A DNA stretch of 63,858 nt from Octopus bimaculoides (lineage: Eukaryota), in the NCBI RefSeq assembly GCF_001194135.2, contig NC_068982.1, positions 132,206,330 to 132,270,187 of the forward strand, written 5' to 3'. Made by a program: the position numbers and the translations under genes. Of this stretch, positions 52,130 to 63,858 are shown piece after piece (within the stretch, counting starts at the first letter, position 1; every line of letters starts with the position of its first letter). The notes beneath the pieces were generated by a model that had not been told where the DNA came from, did not search any database, and saw only the letters and a program-made list of their open reading frames with translations.

Positions 52130-52850
52130 TATGGCATGTAATGAACTGTGTCTTTCAGTAGCTTTCCAAACAAATTTTTATAAACATTTATTTCACTGAA
52201 TTTTCTTTCAACCAATCACATTGCAGTATGCGAAGTTTTGTTATGTTTTGTTTGCATTAGCATTTTTGTTTGTTATACATTATCTCAATTTTTGCATTAC
52301 TGCTGCAATTCATATTCTGGCACATGTTTTATATCGGCATGTTTTGTTGGCCTTAAACATATATACTTCTCTTTATCAGGCATAGTTTAATGTCTACGAT
52401 TTGTAATTATTCTTCAGGAAATCGATTCGCAATATTTCCTATTGACTATTTCTTGGATAACATTAAGACATGACTATTCATTGAATCCTTTTGAAACCAA
52501 CAGATTACTACTTAGAAACCATGTAAAAATTCTCTTACATATGAAATATAAAGAGGTACATGAACAAAACATATTTTCATTGCATCTGTGTTGGAGTCAG
52601 TGTTTATATGACGCAAGGAGGAGAAATAATTCTATATATGTATTGGCTGCTGCGTTTGCTCGATGCATCAAAGCTTGCAGAAGCTTCAACGTACGTAGGA
52701 CGTTTTGAATTTCAACGCAAGTAGTAACGCATGTCGAAAAAAGGGTTGGCAAAAACTGTTTTGTTGCTAGGCAACTGATTTTGTAAGTGTAAAGTTGTGT
52801 ATCTACCACAATGACTAGGCCGACTTTCTGCCCCACTTTTCTGACCATCT
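52130..52850 (-). mobile_element. Probable decayed hAT transposase C-terminal part
   Basis: IANRFPEE and HTAM*LVERKFSEINVYKN resemble the hAT C-terminal dimerisation motif S-A-xx-ERxFSxxNxxK. Confidence 0.45.
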
Positions 52851-54589
52851 CTTCGTTCTGCTCTTTTCAGTGTGGCCTCTCTTTCACTATCTATCTTGCT
52901 TTATCAAATATAATATTGTTCATCCAGTCTCTTTACCAACAGAGAATGTAACATTGATGAAAGGTGTATCTTAGCCCTTATTGATTTTTACCTCCTCCTT
53001 ATCAACCAAAGGAATCATATATGTAAGTCGCTGAATGGTTCGAAAGTAGAATAGGCGTAGCTTAACGTTTGTTTGGTTTGCAAATTTAGACGCATTTTAG
53101 TGAATGCGTCGTTCCTAAATTATGTAACATAGTAACTATTTGTTTTGATCCATAGAGTAATGTTTGTTGATGTAACTGCAAATTTATAAAATTGATTTAA
53201 CAGCATGAAATTTTCGCTTCAGGCAGAACAGTCGACTGTTCATTTCCTCTCACCAGTACCTTGCATTTTTTATTCTATCCGGTTGTAAATAGAAAGATAC
53301 ACAGATAGATGCAGTCAAATAAATCTATCAGCTAGGGAACTATATAGTGTGAAAGTACAACGCTCTACTGCTTCAGGTGTTTTGTTTTCTTTTACTTACT
53401 GGAACTATGATGTAGATTTAAAGAGAGGGTGATAAAAAGAGAGAGAATTAATTGAATTGTTAGACTTTAGTTCGGCTCTTCTCTACTACACTATTATATA
53501 GCATCACATATAAATAACGCTTTCTTACATAAGCACAAAGTCGGAGACTGGTATTTATTTTATTGATCCAAGAAGGAAGAAAGGTAAACGTGACATCTGA
53601 ACTCAGAACATAATGTTACCGTTACTATATACCACAGGGCACCTAACAGGGCGCTTAAACGTTTCTGCAAAGACCAAAACTCGTATTCTTCGGTATATTC
53701 TACGATATATTGCCAATTTCATTACTTGAGAAAAAAAATTGAATATTATTTCAGAACAATTTTTAAACATGTATTTAGCTGAAATAATAGCTTTTCAATA
53801 ATATATTTGACAATCTCAAAATGACAATGCTAAGTATTAGAAAGGAAAGAACATCTTCCCAAATACATTTCAGCTGTTAGTAATTACTCGCATGTTAAGC
53901 GCAACTTCTGCAGTCAAGCTGTAATAGTAGTATATTTTAACTTATATCTTCAAAATACCTCCAGAAAATATACCTTCGAAATCCATAATCCAATTTTCCT
54001 CCATGTTCAAAATCTTTATAGATATGTGTAGTAATTTGGCTGACATCTCGTCAACTAACTTTAGTGTCATCTCTGTTGTTAAATAGCACAGCGAAAATAA
54101 AACCCTGTTTCCAACGACGAGAAAATAATTTCGTTCTTTCCACGCTGTGCACGAATTCCTACGAAGAATTCAATTACTTCTTTTTAGACACATTTTACGT
54201 CGTTTAAGATATCATAGTGATCCCACCCCCTTGTCATATTAATATGTTAATGAAAAATAATGCCTTAACGTAACGTTAGATTACCGTGAATGTTTTACCT
54301 TCATATCACTTGTCAAGAAGCCGAGCTGATTTCTCTCAAGTTTTTGTTCATATAGAGCAGCGCTTCTCAAACTTTTTTCTAACTGTTGTCCTCTTTTCTT
54401 TTGCAAACACTTTTTTAACGACCTCTTGCTACGAATTAACTCTTCTACCATTTTTTAAATCTTCATACACCTAATATCCGGTCAGACTAATTTATCATTG
54501 TTGATGTTGATATTATTGTTTTTGATGTGATTGTGGTTAACAAGCCGTTTATCATAATATATTTAAAATATTTTAAGAAGTTAATATGC

Positions 54590-54945
54590 CAGGCGCAGTC
54601 ATTTTTACGTAGTTAAGAGTCTTGCTTTACAACCACGTGGTTCGGATTCTAACCTACAGAGCAGCACCATAAGCAATTGTCTTCCACAATAGCAGTGGGT
54701 CGCCCAATGCTTTGTGTGTGAATTTGGTAGACGGAAACTGTGTGGAAGCTCATCGTGTGTGTGTGTGTGTGTTGCTTTTTTCCGCGAGAATTGGTTTACT
54801 TTAGTAATTCGGCAAAAACAACTGTTAGAATAAGTTACGGACTTGAAAATTAAATAATGAGGTCGATTTGTTTGACTAAACCTTTCAAGGCTGTGCCCCA
54901 GGATGACTGCAGTCCAATGACTGAAATAAGTAAAAGTTTAAAAAT
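54590..54945 (+). mobile_element. SINE family B copy
   Basis: aggcgcag head, tgtgtgaatttggtagacggaaactg core and gcagtccaatgactgaaataagtaaaag tail. Confidence 0.8.
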
Positions 54946-55703
54946 AAATAGAAATATAAAACAAAAACTAAAAACCTGTTACAGGCCACTTGTGTAACGA
55001 TGGTGTTCGTCACTAATTTCATATGAGTGTCTTGTGACAGCGTATGTAAAGAAAGTCAGAAAGCAAGGTGTATATATAGCATTGAAATTTATTGTTGAAG
55101 GGTAAAAAGTACTAACAAGAAGCAAATAAGAATTGTATTTCATTTGGGTGGCTTGTATACCGCAGAATGAAAACAGACATAAATGAAATGAGTTGCGCAG
55201 CGTTAATAGTGTACACTGTAATAGTAGCATATCGGAAGAGGAGATGTTGCTACTAGGACCGCCAATGCTGCAACTAATTTAGCTATTTGAAAAAGACGCG
55301 TACACTGCTAGGCAGAAGTTGCCACATGTATCCTTCCGCAGCCAGCTCTAATTGGATGGAGTGGCTATAGCACGACTGTGGTGTGCCACCACGACAAAAT
55401 AGCTCTTTTCTGTCTCGCTACAAGCCCAAACCAGATGATTCCTCGCCCCCTGTCGTTCCCTTTTTCTTCAATACTCGTATGCAAATTTTCCGCTGGTATA
55501 GATTATAAAGAATGAGTCAGCCAGGTGCATACATACTTATACTGTATGTGCGTAAATCAGCCATGTCAGCCTCTGTTCATTCAGCATATTAAGGGTGTGT
55601 CAACAAGTGGAATCCCTCTTCGTGTAATGTTATAGAGATATGTCAGCCATGTGGATTTCATCACATGTATTTTCGTTTTGTTTTGTTTCTTTTTTTTTTT
55701 CAG

Positions 55704-55734
55704 ATGAATCTCTCTTCGTGTCGTGCATCAAGAT
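55704..55734 (+). other. Candidate 31-nt micro-exon, coding or non-coding
   Basis: Very strong acceptor (long T tract followed by cag) and donor gtgagt only 31 nt apart. Two frames are open: MNLSSCRASR and DESLFVSCIK. Confidence 0.4.
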
Positions 55735-56869
55735 GTGAGTGAGTCAGGTAATGTCAATCACTCACCAGGTTATTGACTGCGGCAGTAAACTACAAATACG
55801 AGGTAAAGCCAAAAGTAAAGTAGCTCAACCAGTAATTGAACCGAAGCTTCAGGTTCATCTCACAGACTTACAGTTAGCAATCTAGCCACGATAAAAAGAA
55901 AAAAATTCCTTTTCGTTCAATTCGGTATATGCAATTGAAGTAGTATTAAAGTAAAATAGCAATGTATGTGTCATACTTCATGCCTATGCATCATTGATAG
56001 GCAAATTAGTGGAGTGTTCGTCCGAGATAGCGTCTTTTATGAACGTGCTGTGTTTAAAAACACAATGTCTAAAGGGGAGCGACGAAAATCGTCCCAGTAG
56101 AGGCTAACGAGAATGCCAGATGCATACACAGCATGTCCGTAAGAGATGTTATATAACTAACCAATCAACGATGTATATACATTAAGTATGATATACAGAT
56201 GGCTATTCTACTTTGTTCAATCTCGATTAAGAAATTCGTTTCAAGTATTGCTTTTCAAGTGAAGATTAGACCTTGCATTTCGAAATATACCAACTTAATT
56301 TCGTGCTTTATATTTTCACCATTTCTAAGCTGGATCCTCCAAATGAGTTTCTTCTAATTTGTATAATCTAGTGGTGTAGCTACAGTGTGTACCACCCAGT
56401 GCAGTCCTTAATTATTCCCACCACAACCATACAGGCTTTTACAGCAAACCCACAGGTGCCTCCCCATAAAAGCGTTGTTCACGGCGGACCACAACCTCGC
56501 TGACTCCCATCTCCATGCTACTGGTATAACTGCATATTCTAAGGAGCTTTTTCTGTAAAATTTTATATAACTAAGCATATAAAAAGGGTATAAAACAAGG
56601 GAAAATAACTCGTTTATGACATCTAAAACAATTTTGTAGAATTTCAATCAGAAGAGGAAACATTCCCATATTTTTATTGTATCTTAGAGATGAAAGAGCA
56701 GAAAGTTTTACAGAGTCTATGTGAAAGATAGAAAAATGGAAGAACTTATTGTCAGACTAGAAACCTTGTTCGAATGCCGACAGCAAAGTGGGCTCTGCTA
56801 AAGGCATTCAAGCGTCAGGCGGTGATGTTAAACTAAGCAACGGATTAAGTCTGCAACTCAAAAGTAAGA

Positions 56870-57030
56870 GCAGTTTCTCAGGAGGGCTTCCACACAGTTT
56901 CTGACTGCCAGGTTTCACTCACAAGAATTTAGTCAACTCGAAGCAATAGTAAAAGGCTTTTGGCTAAAGTACTGTGCAGTGAAATCGAACCAGAAACGAC
57001 AATAGTTGCGAAGTAAATTCCTTCCCCCAC
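56870..57030 (-). mobile_element. SINE family B, 5' fragment
   Basis: gggcttccacacagtttctgactgcc...actgtgcagtgaaatcgaacc. Confidence 0.6.
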
Positions 57031-57802
57031 AAGATAATTTTTACATATAAACTCTAAACAATTTATGTTTTACAAACTAATTTATTTGTTCTTTTCTCGA
57101 AGATGTCTCAATATACATCATCTGTCTTTAAATATTGATTTCTAACATTGTATAAAGACCATAAATTTACCGGGAGGAGGACAGTCGATTAAATCAAATC
57201 CGTTGGGATTTGGACTGAGAATGAAGTGACAGAACTAATAACCGTAACGGCCTTCTTGTTTTTCGTTTTCAATTTTTGTTTTTATTTTTTTATTTTATTT
57301 TTTCGCTCTACCGATTCCACTATTGTATGTCTTATAATATTAAGGAAAACTATTAGTGGACTGGAAGAATGGTTAGAGGGTCGAACAAAATGTCTCGAAG
57401 TGGTAATTTACGGCTTATTACGTTCTGAATTGAAATCAATGTTAAAGAAAAGTGTGTGTAATTTTCCTTAAACTAGTCCAACGCGTTTAGTCTGGCGTTC
57501 ACCTGTTTCATCAATCCAACGACCTTCACCGAAGGCATTATTTATTTCTTACATCTACCGAAAGGGAAGGACAGAGTTGATTGGATTGTCTCTAGTGTAT
57601 AACTAGTATTTATTTTATCAGCAGTGATGGAATAGGATGGCCGTTTCTACTTTTTCATCGCTTACATTGAAGCTATTATTAATAATTTTTCCTTAAGCCC
57701 TCAGACTCATAAGACCTATTAGCGGTTTCCATGGTGTGTAAGTGACCAAAATCAGAACATTCCCTCGAAGAGGACACCGTCCCGTTGCAAAATTCAATGC
57801 AA

Positions 57803-57982
57803 GCAATTTTGCAGAGAAGGAACAAGTCGATAACAGCAACCCTAGTATTTAACTGATACTTTATTTTTATCGACCACGAAGGAAGAAAAGACCGGGGTTT
57901 AAACTCACAACCTAAAGAAGCGAAATAAATAACAAAAAGCATTTTGGCAGACGTGCTAATGATTCTGCCAACTCACCGCTTT
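57803..57982 (-). mobile_element. SINE family A, diverged copy
   Basis: gtgctaatgattctgccaactcaccgc head and tttatttttatcgacc core. Confidence 0.7.
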
Positions 57983-58193
57983 TTAATGGTATTTTGCATA
58001 AGTACAAATATGCAGACGACTGAATACTCCTCAATGTATGACCGGCTGAATGGCGGTGAGTCAGCAGAAATGGCTTACGCATCTGACTCTATATATTTGC
58101 AGCATTTTGTCTCATCATCCAGAGTCAAATTCTATCGGGTCGTTTTTAATTTTTGTGTCTCAATAAAATAAATGTTAATTATTTACTGGAAAT

Positions 58194-58415
58194 TAGGGCA
58201 GTGGGCTGGCGGAATCGTTAACACATCAGGCGAAATGCTTAGCAGTATTTCGTCCGTCTTCACGTTCTAAGTTCAAATTCTGCCGAGGTCTGCTGCGCCT
58301 TTCATCTGTTCGGAGTCGATGAAATAAGTAGCAGTTGAGTGATGGGGATTAGTGTAAGCGACTTATCAGCTCCCACGAAATTGCTGGCCTTGTGCCAAAA
58401 TTTGAAAACAACACT
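58194..58415 (+). mobile_element. SINE family A, near full length
   Basis: Head, core and gccttgtgccaaaatttgaaaac tail. Confidence 0.85.
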
Positions 58416-58483
58416 ATACTGGAAATGACTCAGCCAAATGCTAAAATCCACCTCGGGGAAAATTTCTCTCTCACACAGACGCG

Positions 58484-58520
<37 letters not shown>

Positions 58521-58521
58521 A

Positions 58522-58557
<36 letters not shown>

Positions 58558-58558
58558 G

Positions 58559-58611
<53 letters not shown>
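58484..58611. repeat. (CT)n microsatellite
   Basis: Direct reading. Confidence 0.97.
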
Positions 58612-58689
58612 CCCTTTACATTTAATGTTGGTCAACGAAGAATTAAAACTGATAAAACTTTATTTAACTACTAAGCTCTGATGGAAAGC

Positions 58690-60120
58690 CAAAGCATTTC
58701 CAGAGACAGTTCGTCGTATTTGATTTCTAGTCTACGATCACTGGATATAGAATCCGATTCTTCTTCAAAAACTTTCAAATAGAAAATATTTCGAATTTCC
58801 GTGAAAAGGTCTCGAATCCAATAATATTATTCTATATTGGAAAATAAAAGCTCCATCTCTCTTCGAGATCTGTCAAATGATAGGATTTATTTTCTTCATG
58901 TGAGTTTTGGAAACATTTCAAAATTGCTATCATCTGCTTTCCTTCTCCAAATTACTTCTTTTTTTTTTATTTTTCTAGAACATTTCTAGATTATCTATAA
59001 ATGTGAAGATGTTTTCGTTTTTAATTTGCGTACTTTTCTGCTCAGGCTTTTAGAGTGATGAAATATCCTTGTCAAACATTCCAGAAATCTAAAGGTCGCG
59101 TTGACGATTTTCCCAAAAGTGATTTTTATGAACTTCTTTCAAAAATGCAAGACACGCCATAATTCATGCGACAGCAGAGTTCTTCCGCTGCCTTTTACAA
59201 GCCATCTCAATTCCGTATATAAAAATTAGGATCAATACTGTGAATCTATATCAATAAAAATTCTCTCAAAGAAATGAGTATTTAATTGGCCTGTTTTAAA
59301 TAAAATTAACCTTTTCAACGACTTCATCAAAATCTTGTTTCAATTCAACTCCCAATGCTTTTGCAATCAAAACCTTTCTGTATAAAACACATTGAATTCT
59401 AATAACATCTGGATTTTCTTTCTTTTTGTTTTAATACAAGCGTCGCAAGCCCTTTCATACGGCTTTTCGTAATGGGATCAACAAACCTTCCATGATGATT
59501 TTTCATTTTTCAAGGTAATTGTTTAAAATATAAAAAAATATCAACTTTCGTAGTGCCTGGCATTTCTTTGCAACAACGCCTGGTTTCCTCTTTGATCCTC
59601 ATCAATAAAACGAAAAACTGTCAATAGCTGTGTTTTATTGCTAATGTCTGTTGACTCGTCAACTCTATTTCAACAAACGAAAATACGTATGTTGAAGCAG
59701 ATCATGGCATAACATTTTCCTTGATGTCAACACTCAATTCTGAAATGCGCCTGCGAACTGTATCATTTCCTTGAAGATAGCAGTGTCCAGTTTTGACATA
59801 TCCATTTAACTTGCTGGAATGCATTTATTTATTTGTCATTTGATATCCACATACCAAAGTGGTGAAGGCTGATCATTATTCCTAATCGAAATAAAACCAC
59901 AATTTTAATAACTGTCGTCTTATTTGCGATTACGAAGAGGTTTAACATTATGAATACGGAAATTTGTTGTTTTTAAGCAAGTTCATTTTAGGATTCACAC
60001 TCATCAAAGCTACGTTTCTTGTTTAGAATTTATCCATTATAAATAGATTTGAGCTTTCCACTGTTGTTTACAGCGGGTTTCGCGATGCCGCTTATTCAAA
60101 ACAACTAGTTTCTTCATTTT
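58690..60120 (-). mobile_element. Decayed hAT (Buster/Charlie-like) transposase
   Basis: Collinear degraded motifs: MDKF start near 60030, GNDTVRRRISELSVDIKENV, VDESTDISNKTQLLTVFRFID (DESTD catalytic motif), CVLYRKVLIAK, YTELRW, and YFP...WIRDLF. Confidence 0.88.
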
Positions 60121-60224
60121 TTTTTATTTTTTACGTTGATAAATTCTGCTTTCAAAATGGTCAAAGACAGAAAACGAGAAAGGCTTATAGGCTATAAATC
60201 TTATTATGCATAAGCCTCGCTTAT

Positions 60225-60254
60225 AAATAATAATAATAATTATTATTATTATTG

Positions 60255-60319
<65 letters not shown>
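60225..60319. repeat. (AAT)n(ATT)n followed by a (TAG)n trinucleotide tract
   Basis: Direct reading. Confidence 0.95.
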
Positions 60320-60320
<1 letters not shown>

Positions 60321-60470
60321 TCCTTTCTATTAAAGGCACACGGCCTGAAATTTGTGGGGAGGGGACTAGTCGATTACATTGACCCATGTTTCACTGGTAT
60401 TTAATTTCTCGACCCCGAAAGGATGAAAGTTGATCTCGGCGGAATTTGAACTCAGAACGTGAAGAGGGAC
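60318..60470 (-). mobile_element. SINE family A, 5'-truncated, ending in a (TAG)n/(CTA)n expansion
   Basis: Core and aaaggata tail adjacent to the microsatellite. Confidence 0.8.
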
Positions 60471-60472
60471 GA

Positions 60473-60483
60473 ATAATAATAAC

Positions 60484-60541
<58 letters not shown>
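60473..60541. repeat. (AAT)n microsatellite
   Basis: Direct reading. Confidence 0.97.
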
Positions 60542-61480
60542 GACTAATGGAGAACTGACCACAAACAATATTAATATAAATTGCAACATTTTCTAAGGTG
60601 ACTGACTTTCACTTCTATTTTTGTCTGCATAATCTTCATATCCCTTACAAATAAACTTGATAGAACAGGGTATGTGTACAAAATTGGTGACAGGAAAATA
60701 AGTCATCTATTTTATAAGGATGACTTAAAACTTTATGGCAAAGATGATAAGGATTATTAAGTACGGTGAAAGTATTCAGTGATGATATCAGATTGTGATT
60801 TGGTCTTGTTGAGTGTTCCAAGTCCACTTTCCAAAAAGGGGAATTGAAGACCTCACATTCAGTGGTGTCAAATGTTGATAGAGTTATAAAAGAACTTGAA
60901 CAGGAAGAAACTTAAATACCTCAGAATAAATGAAGACTCAAACATTCAGCAGAGAAATATTACAGGAGAGTTCGAGCACTCCTAATATCTAAGTTAAATG
61001 CACGTAACGAGGTGTTAACCATAAATTCGTTAGCAGTTCCAGTAGCTATTTATAGTTTCAATGTGTCGAACTGAAATTGAAAGTAAAATTCGTAAGCTGC
61101 TGACTTGCAACAACATGCATCACCCAAAGGCAGATGCAGATCGTCTTTACCTTACCAGAGCTCAAGGAGGTCGAGGCTTGATCCAATTTGAAATCTCTTA
61201 CAAAACACCACGGTTGGACTGGCCAAATATCTCGAAACATCTAACGACAGGATGCTAAAACTCGTTGAAAATCACGAGAGACGTAAGAAGCTTTATTCTG
61301 TTATGAAGGAGAGCAAAACATTTACTAGTGAGTGGTGGTGGTGGTGGTGGTGGTGGTATCCGAGTTGGGTACGAAGGGGAAAGAAAAAAAGGAAACTGAC
61401 GGAAAACAGTGAAGGAAGCGAGAGTCAAGGGGGAGTAAAAATAAGAAATAGAGAAAACTAGAAACAGAAACATAGAGTAA
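60541..61480 (+). mobile_element. Decayed Dong/R4-type non-LTR retrotransposon RT fragment
   Basis: ISHLFYKDDLKLYGKDD (YMDD degraded to YKDD) and KIRKLLTCNNMHHPKADADRLYLTRAQGGRGLIQ, typical of R4/Dong RT and post-RT motifs. Confidence 0.85.
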
Positions 61481-61572
61481 ATGTGAAGGATGAATATGAG
61501 ATGTTACGGAGGTGTATATTTATAAGGGAGAGGTGTTGAAGAAAGTGATTTTATTATTAGAATGAAGCATAA

Positions 61573-61765
61573 GGCTGTGAGGTGACAGAATCGTTGGTAC
61601 ACCGAACAAAATGCTTAGCGGTATTACGTCCGTCTTTACGTTCTGATTTCAAATTCCACCGAGGTTGTTGAAGTTAGTACCAGTTAAGCATTAGGAGCGA
61701 TGCAATCGACAACCTTTCTCTCAAAATTTTCAGACCTTGTGCCTTTAATTGAAAGGATTATTAAA
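61573..61765 (+). mobile_element. SINE family A, internally deleted copy
   Basis: gaggtgacagaatcgttgg head and tttcagaccttgtgcc tail. Confidence 0.75.
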
Positions 61766-62475
61766 ATGAAGCATTAGAAAAAAACTAGGAAGGCTATGTA
61801 AACATAATTTAATTCGTGTAAAAAGAAACAGGATATCTACCTTCTGCTGTTCTTATATGTTACTAGTTCTTAGAGTAAGTATACCAATGTTTTATGAGAT
61901 GATGCGTGATGAATATGCGAAACTTATGATTTTTACGTTGTTCAAGAACTCAAGCAATAGCACAGACATTCTAAAGTGTTGAATTATATTTTTTTTAAAT
62001 CTACAGCAACGCACATTAGGAGCCACAGCGTCAAACAATTAGAGATGAATCATGTCGTCAGAGTTATGTCAATAATGAAGTTTTTTGCTAAAGAAAAGAA
62101 AAATGACAAAAACTTTAAATCATGAAAAATGTCTTCGAATAATACTTGAGTGTGGTTATATTCTAAACTGCCGGTTTCTTTCAGTTTTAAAGTAAATAAG
62201 ATGGGTTATTTATAGAATAGTGTTAAACTCCTATTTACATCAACCTACTCATCAAAACCGCTCGACCAGCTAAGAGTGATATTCACATCTTCAAATTACA
62301 CCCCTATACCTTCAAAAGAAGGAACACATTAGATAATCTCCTCCAAATACATTGTATGTATAAAATATACGATAACAGCGACTGAACCGTCTTGGATCAC
62401 GGATCTGTCTGATCTAAACAGACTAGGGTGCTAAGTGACATTTAGATAGATCAGTTACTCATCTGTCTTCCAGAT

Positions 62476-62641
62476 CAGTGGCGTATCTAGCGTGTGAGCC
62501 GACCGGGGGCGGCTATCGGAGTTGCCGTCCTTGACTCCATCTGTCCCTCTACAGGTTTATGCTGCAGATTTTAGAATGTTATCTCCATAAGAGTACTACC
62601 CGGGGTAGATCGTCCTCATCATTCCCCTAGCTACGCTGCTG
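62476..62641. mobile_element. 166-bp hAT-type MITE
   Basis: Imperfect TIRs (CAGTGGCGTATCTAG versus reverse complement CAGCAGCGTAGCTAG, 12/15) and an 8-bp TSD ttccagat (62468-62475) / ctccagat (62642-62649). Confidence 0.8.
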
Positions 62642-62765
62642 CTCCAGATATATACATATTCTTTGGACAGGAGAAAACTTAAAACCATTACTTCTATATG
62701 TAGATGTATTAAGAATACACTGCTCGGAGCTTTGTAAAAAGATAGATACGAAAACACAGGGTCAC

Positions 62766-62800
62766 TAATAATAATAGTAATAATAATAATAATAATAATA

Positions 62801-62835
<35 letters not shown>
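62766..62835. repeat. Back-to-back (AAT)n(ATT)n self-complementary tract
   Basis: Direct reading. Confidence 0.95.
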
Positions 62836-62837
<2 letters not shown>

Positions 62838-63382
62838 CCTGATGCAGTGCCTGGCAGTGGCTTTCATGGCTTCTGATCTTAACTTATTGGAAGTGTTATC
62901 ATGTACATTGTTTTGTCTTGGTATAAAAGATAGACTACAGCAAATATTCTGCTTAATACCACTGATTTGCTTGTCAGTTGTTTGACCTTAACCAGTTGAG
63001 CATGTCCCCTGGTGGCTGACGCTATGTGCATCTCTGATCATGGGCAGAAGTAGTTGGGGAGCATCATAGCCATGTATTGAGAGGAATTCTTTGGGGTTTG
63101 AATAATTCACCTTTGGAAACATGTGTGTCTTGTTCAACATCCTTAAACAACCCTTATTCAGGGACCTTTTGAGCGGGATGGGCTACTCGACCTGAAGAAA
63201 ATTCTAACTGGGCCCCACCTGCGAGGTCATGCATTGATTATCTTGATATTAGATCATTATGTCGTGCACATATGATTGTGATGCATGTGCCTGGTGTACC
63301 CTCATCAGACGGGTAGTCATGATGGGTATACTGGGCTTCGTAAATTTTATCCCAGTGTCACTTTGATGGCATGCACTGCTCT

Positions 63383-63413
<31 letters not shown>

Positions 63414-63416
63414 TAA
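62836..63416 (+). mobile_element. Interspersed repeat, probably the 3' portion of a non-LTR retroelement with an (AAT)n tail
   Basis: More GC-balanced block flanked by (ATT)n and ending in an (AAT)n run. No recognisable protein motif. The family assignment is from memory only. Confidence 0.45.
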
Positions 63417-63820
63417 TTAAGGTATGATACTCAAGGCCATACTCGCCTACATTTTTAAAAAGAGAAATTTTCTCCTTACCACTGCAACCGAAAACTTGTG
63501 TGTAAGTACGATTATGCACGCGTACGCTTCACTAGAACACATTTACAACAATTTGAGTGGAAATTCTTCGATTACACACGAAGCTGTAGATGCAGTCGTC
63601 ATATCACAAATGATATAATTTCCTTTCATTCGTTGATTTCTATTTCAATCCTGTTTTCAAATCGATGTGTTTCGTGCGAACAGGAAATATGTATTTATGC
63701 AGCCTGCAATAAATTAAATGCATACACGTACAATATACTTAAGTACGTACATTGTGAATTTTATTGTGCGTATGTGTGTGTTTGTGTACATATATAATAC
63801 TTTGCATTATACTTACATAC

Positions 63821-63858
<38 letters not shown>

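Noticed and set aside
51533-52199. 113-aa and 129-aa overlapping ORFs
   Set aside because: No recognisable motifs; low-complexity AT-rich composition next to a decayed transposon.

Overview
AT-rich, microsatellite-dense eukaryotic genomic DNA with four assembly gaps. The SINE families and repeat landscape suggest a cephalopod, probably Octopus; this is recognition from memory, not a database result. The ORF track mostly reflects microsatellites and N-gaps and misses the main gene. By hand I reconstructed a minus-strand, multi-exon, divergent A/B-type cyclin. Five well-supported GT-AG exons lie at 27359-27489, 25516-25620, 24027-24182, 23596-23754 and 16340-16582. There is a probable ATG exon at 30010-30162, and weaker candidate exons at 28419-28525, 14191-14337 and 41482-41598. 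The cyclin box is intact but departs from the MRAIL and KYEE..PP motifs, and it may belong to a cyclin P/CNTD2-like clade. The rest is largely transposon debris: about 20 tRNA-derived SINE copies in three families (two with exact TSDs), CR1, L2-like and Dong/R4 LINE remnants, hAT and mariner remnants, and a hAT-type MITE. A fold-back element at about 34260-34572 carries a tRNA-like head and a minimal hammerhead-ribozyme-like motif with a core mutation. Other oddities are an inverted telomeric-repeat hairpin, a GC-rich double palindrome and two orphan plus-strand exon candidates. I found no CRISPR array, rRNA, true tRNA gene or intact autonomous transposon. Repeat boundaries are approximate unless a TSD is given. 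All translations and alignments were done by eye.
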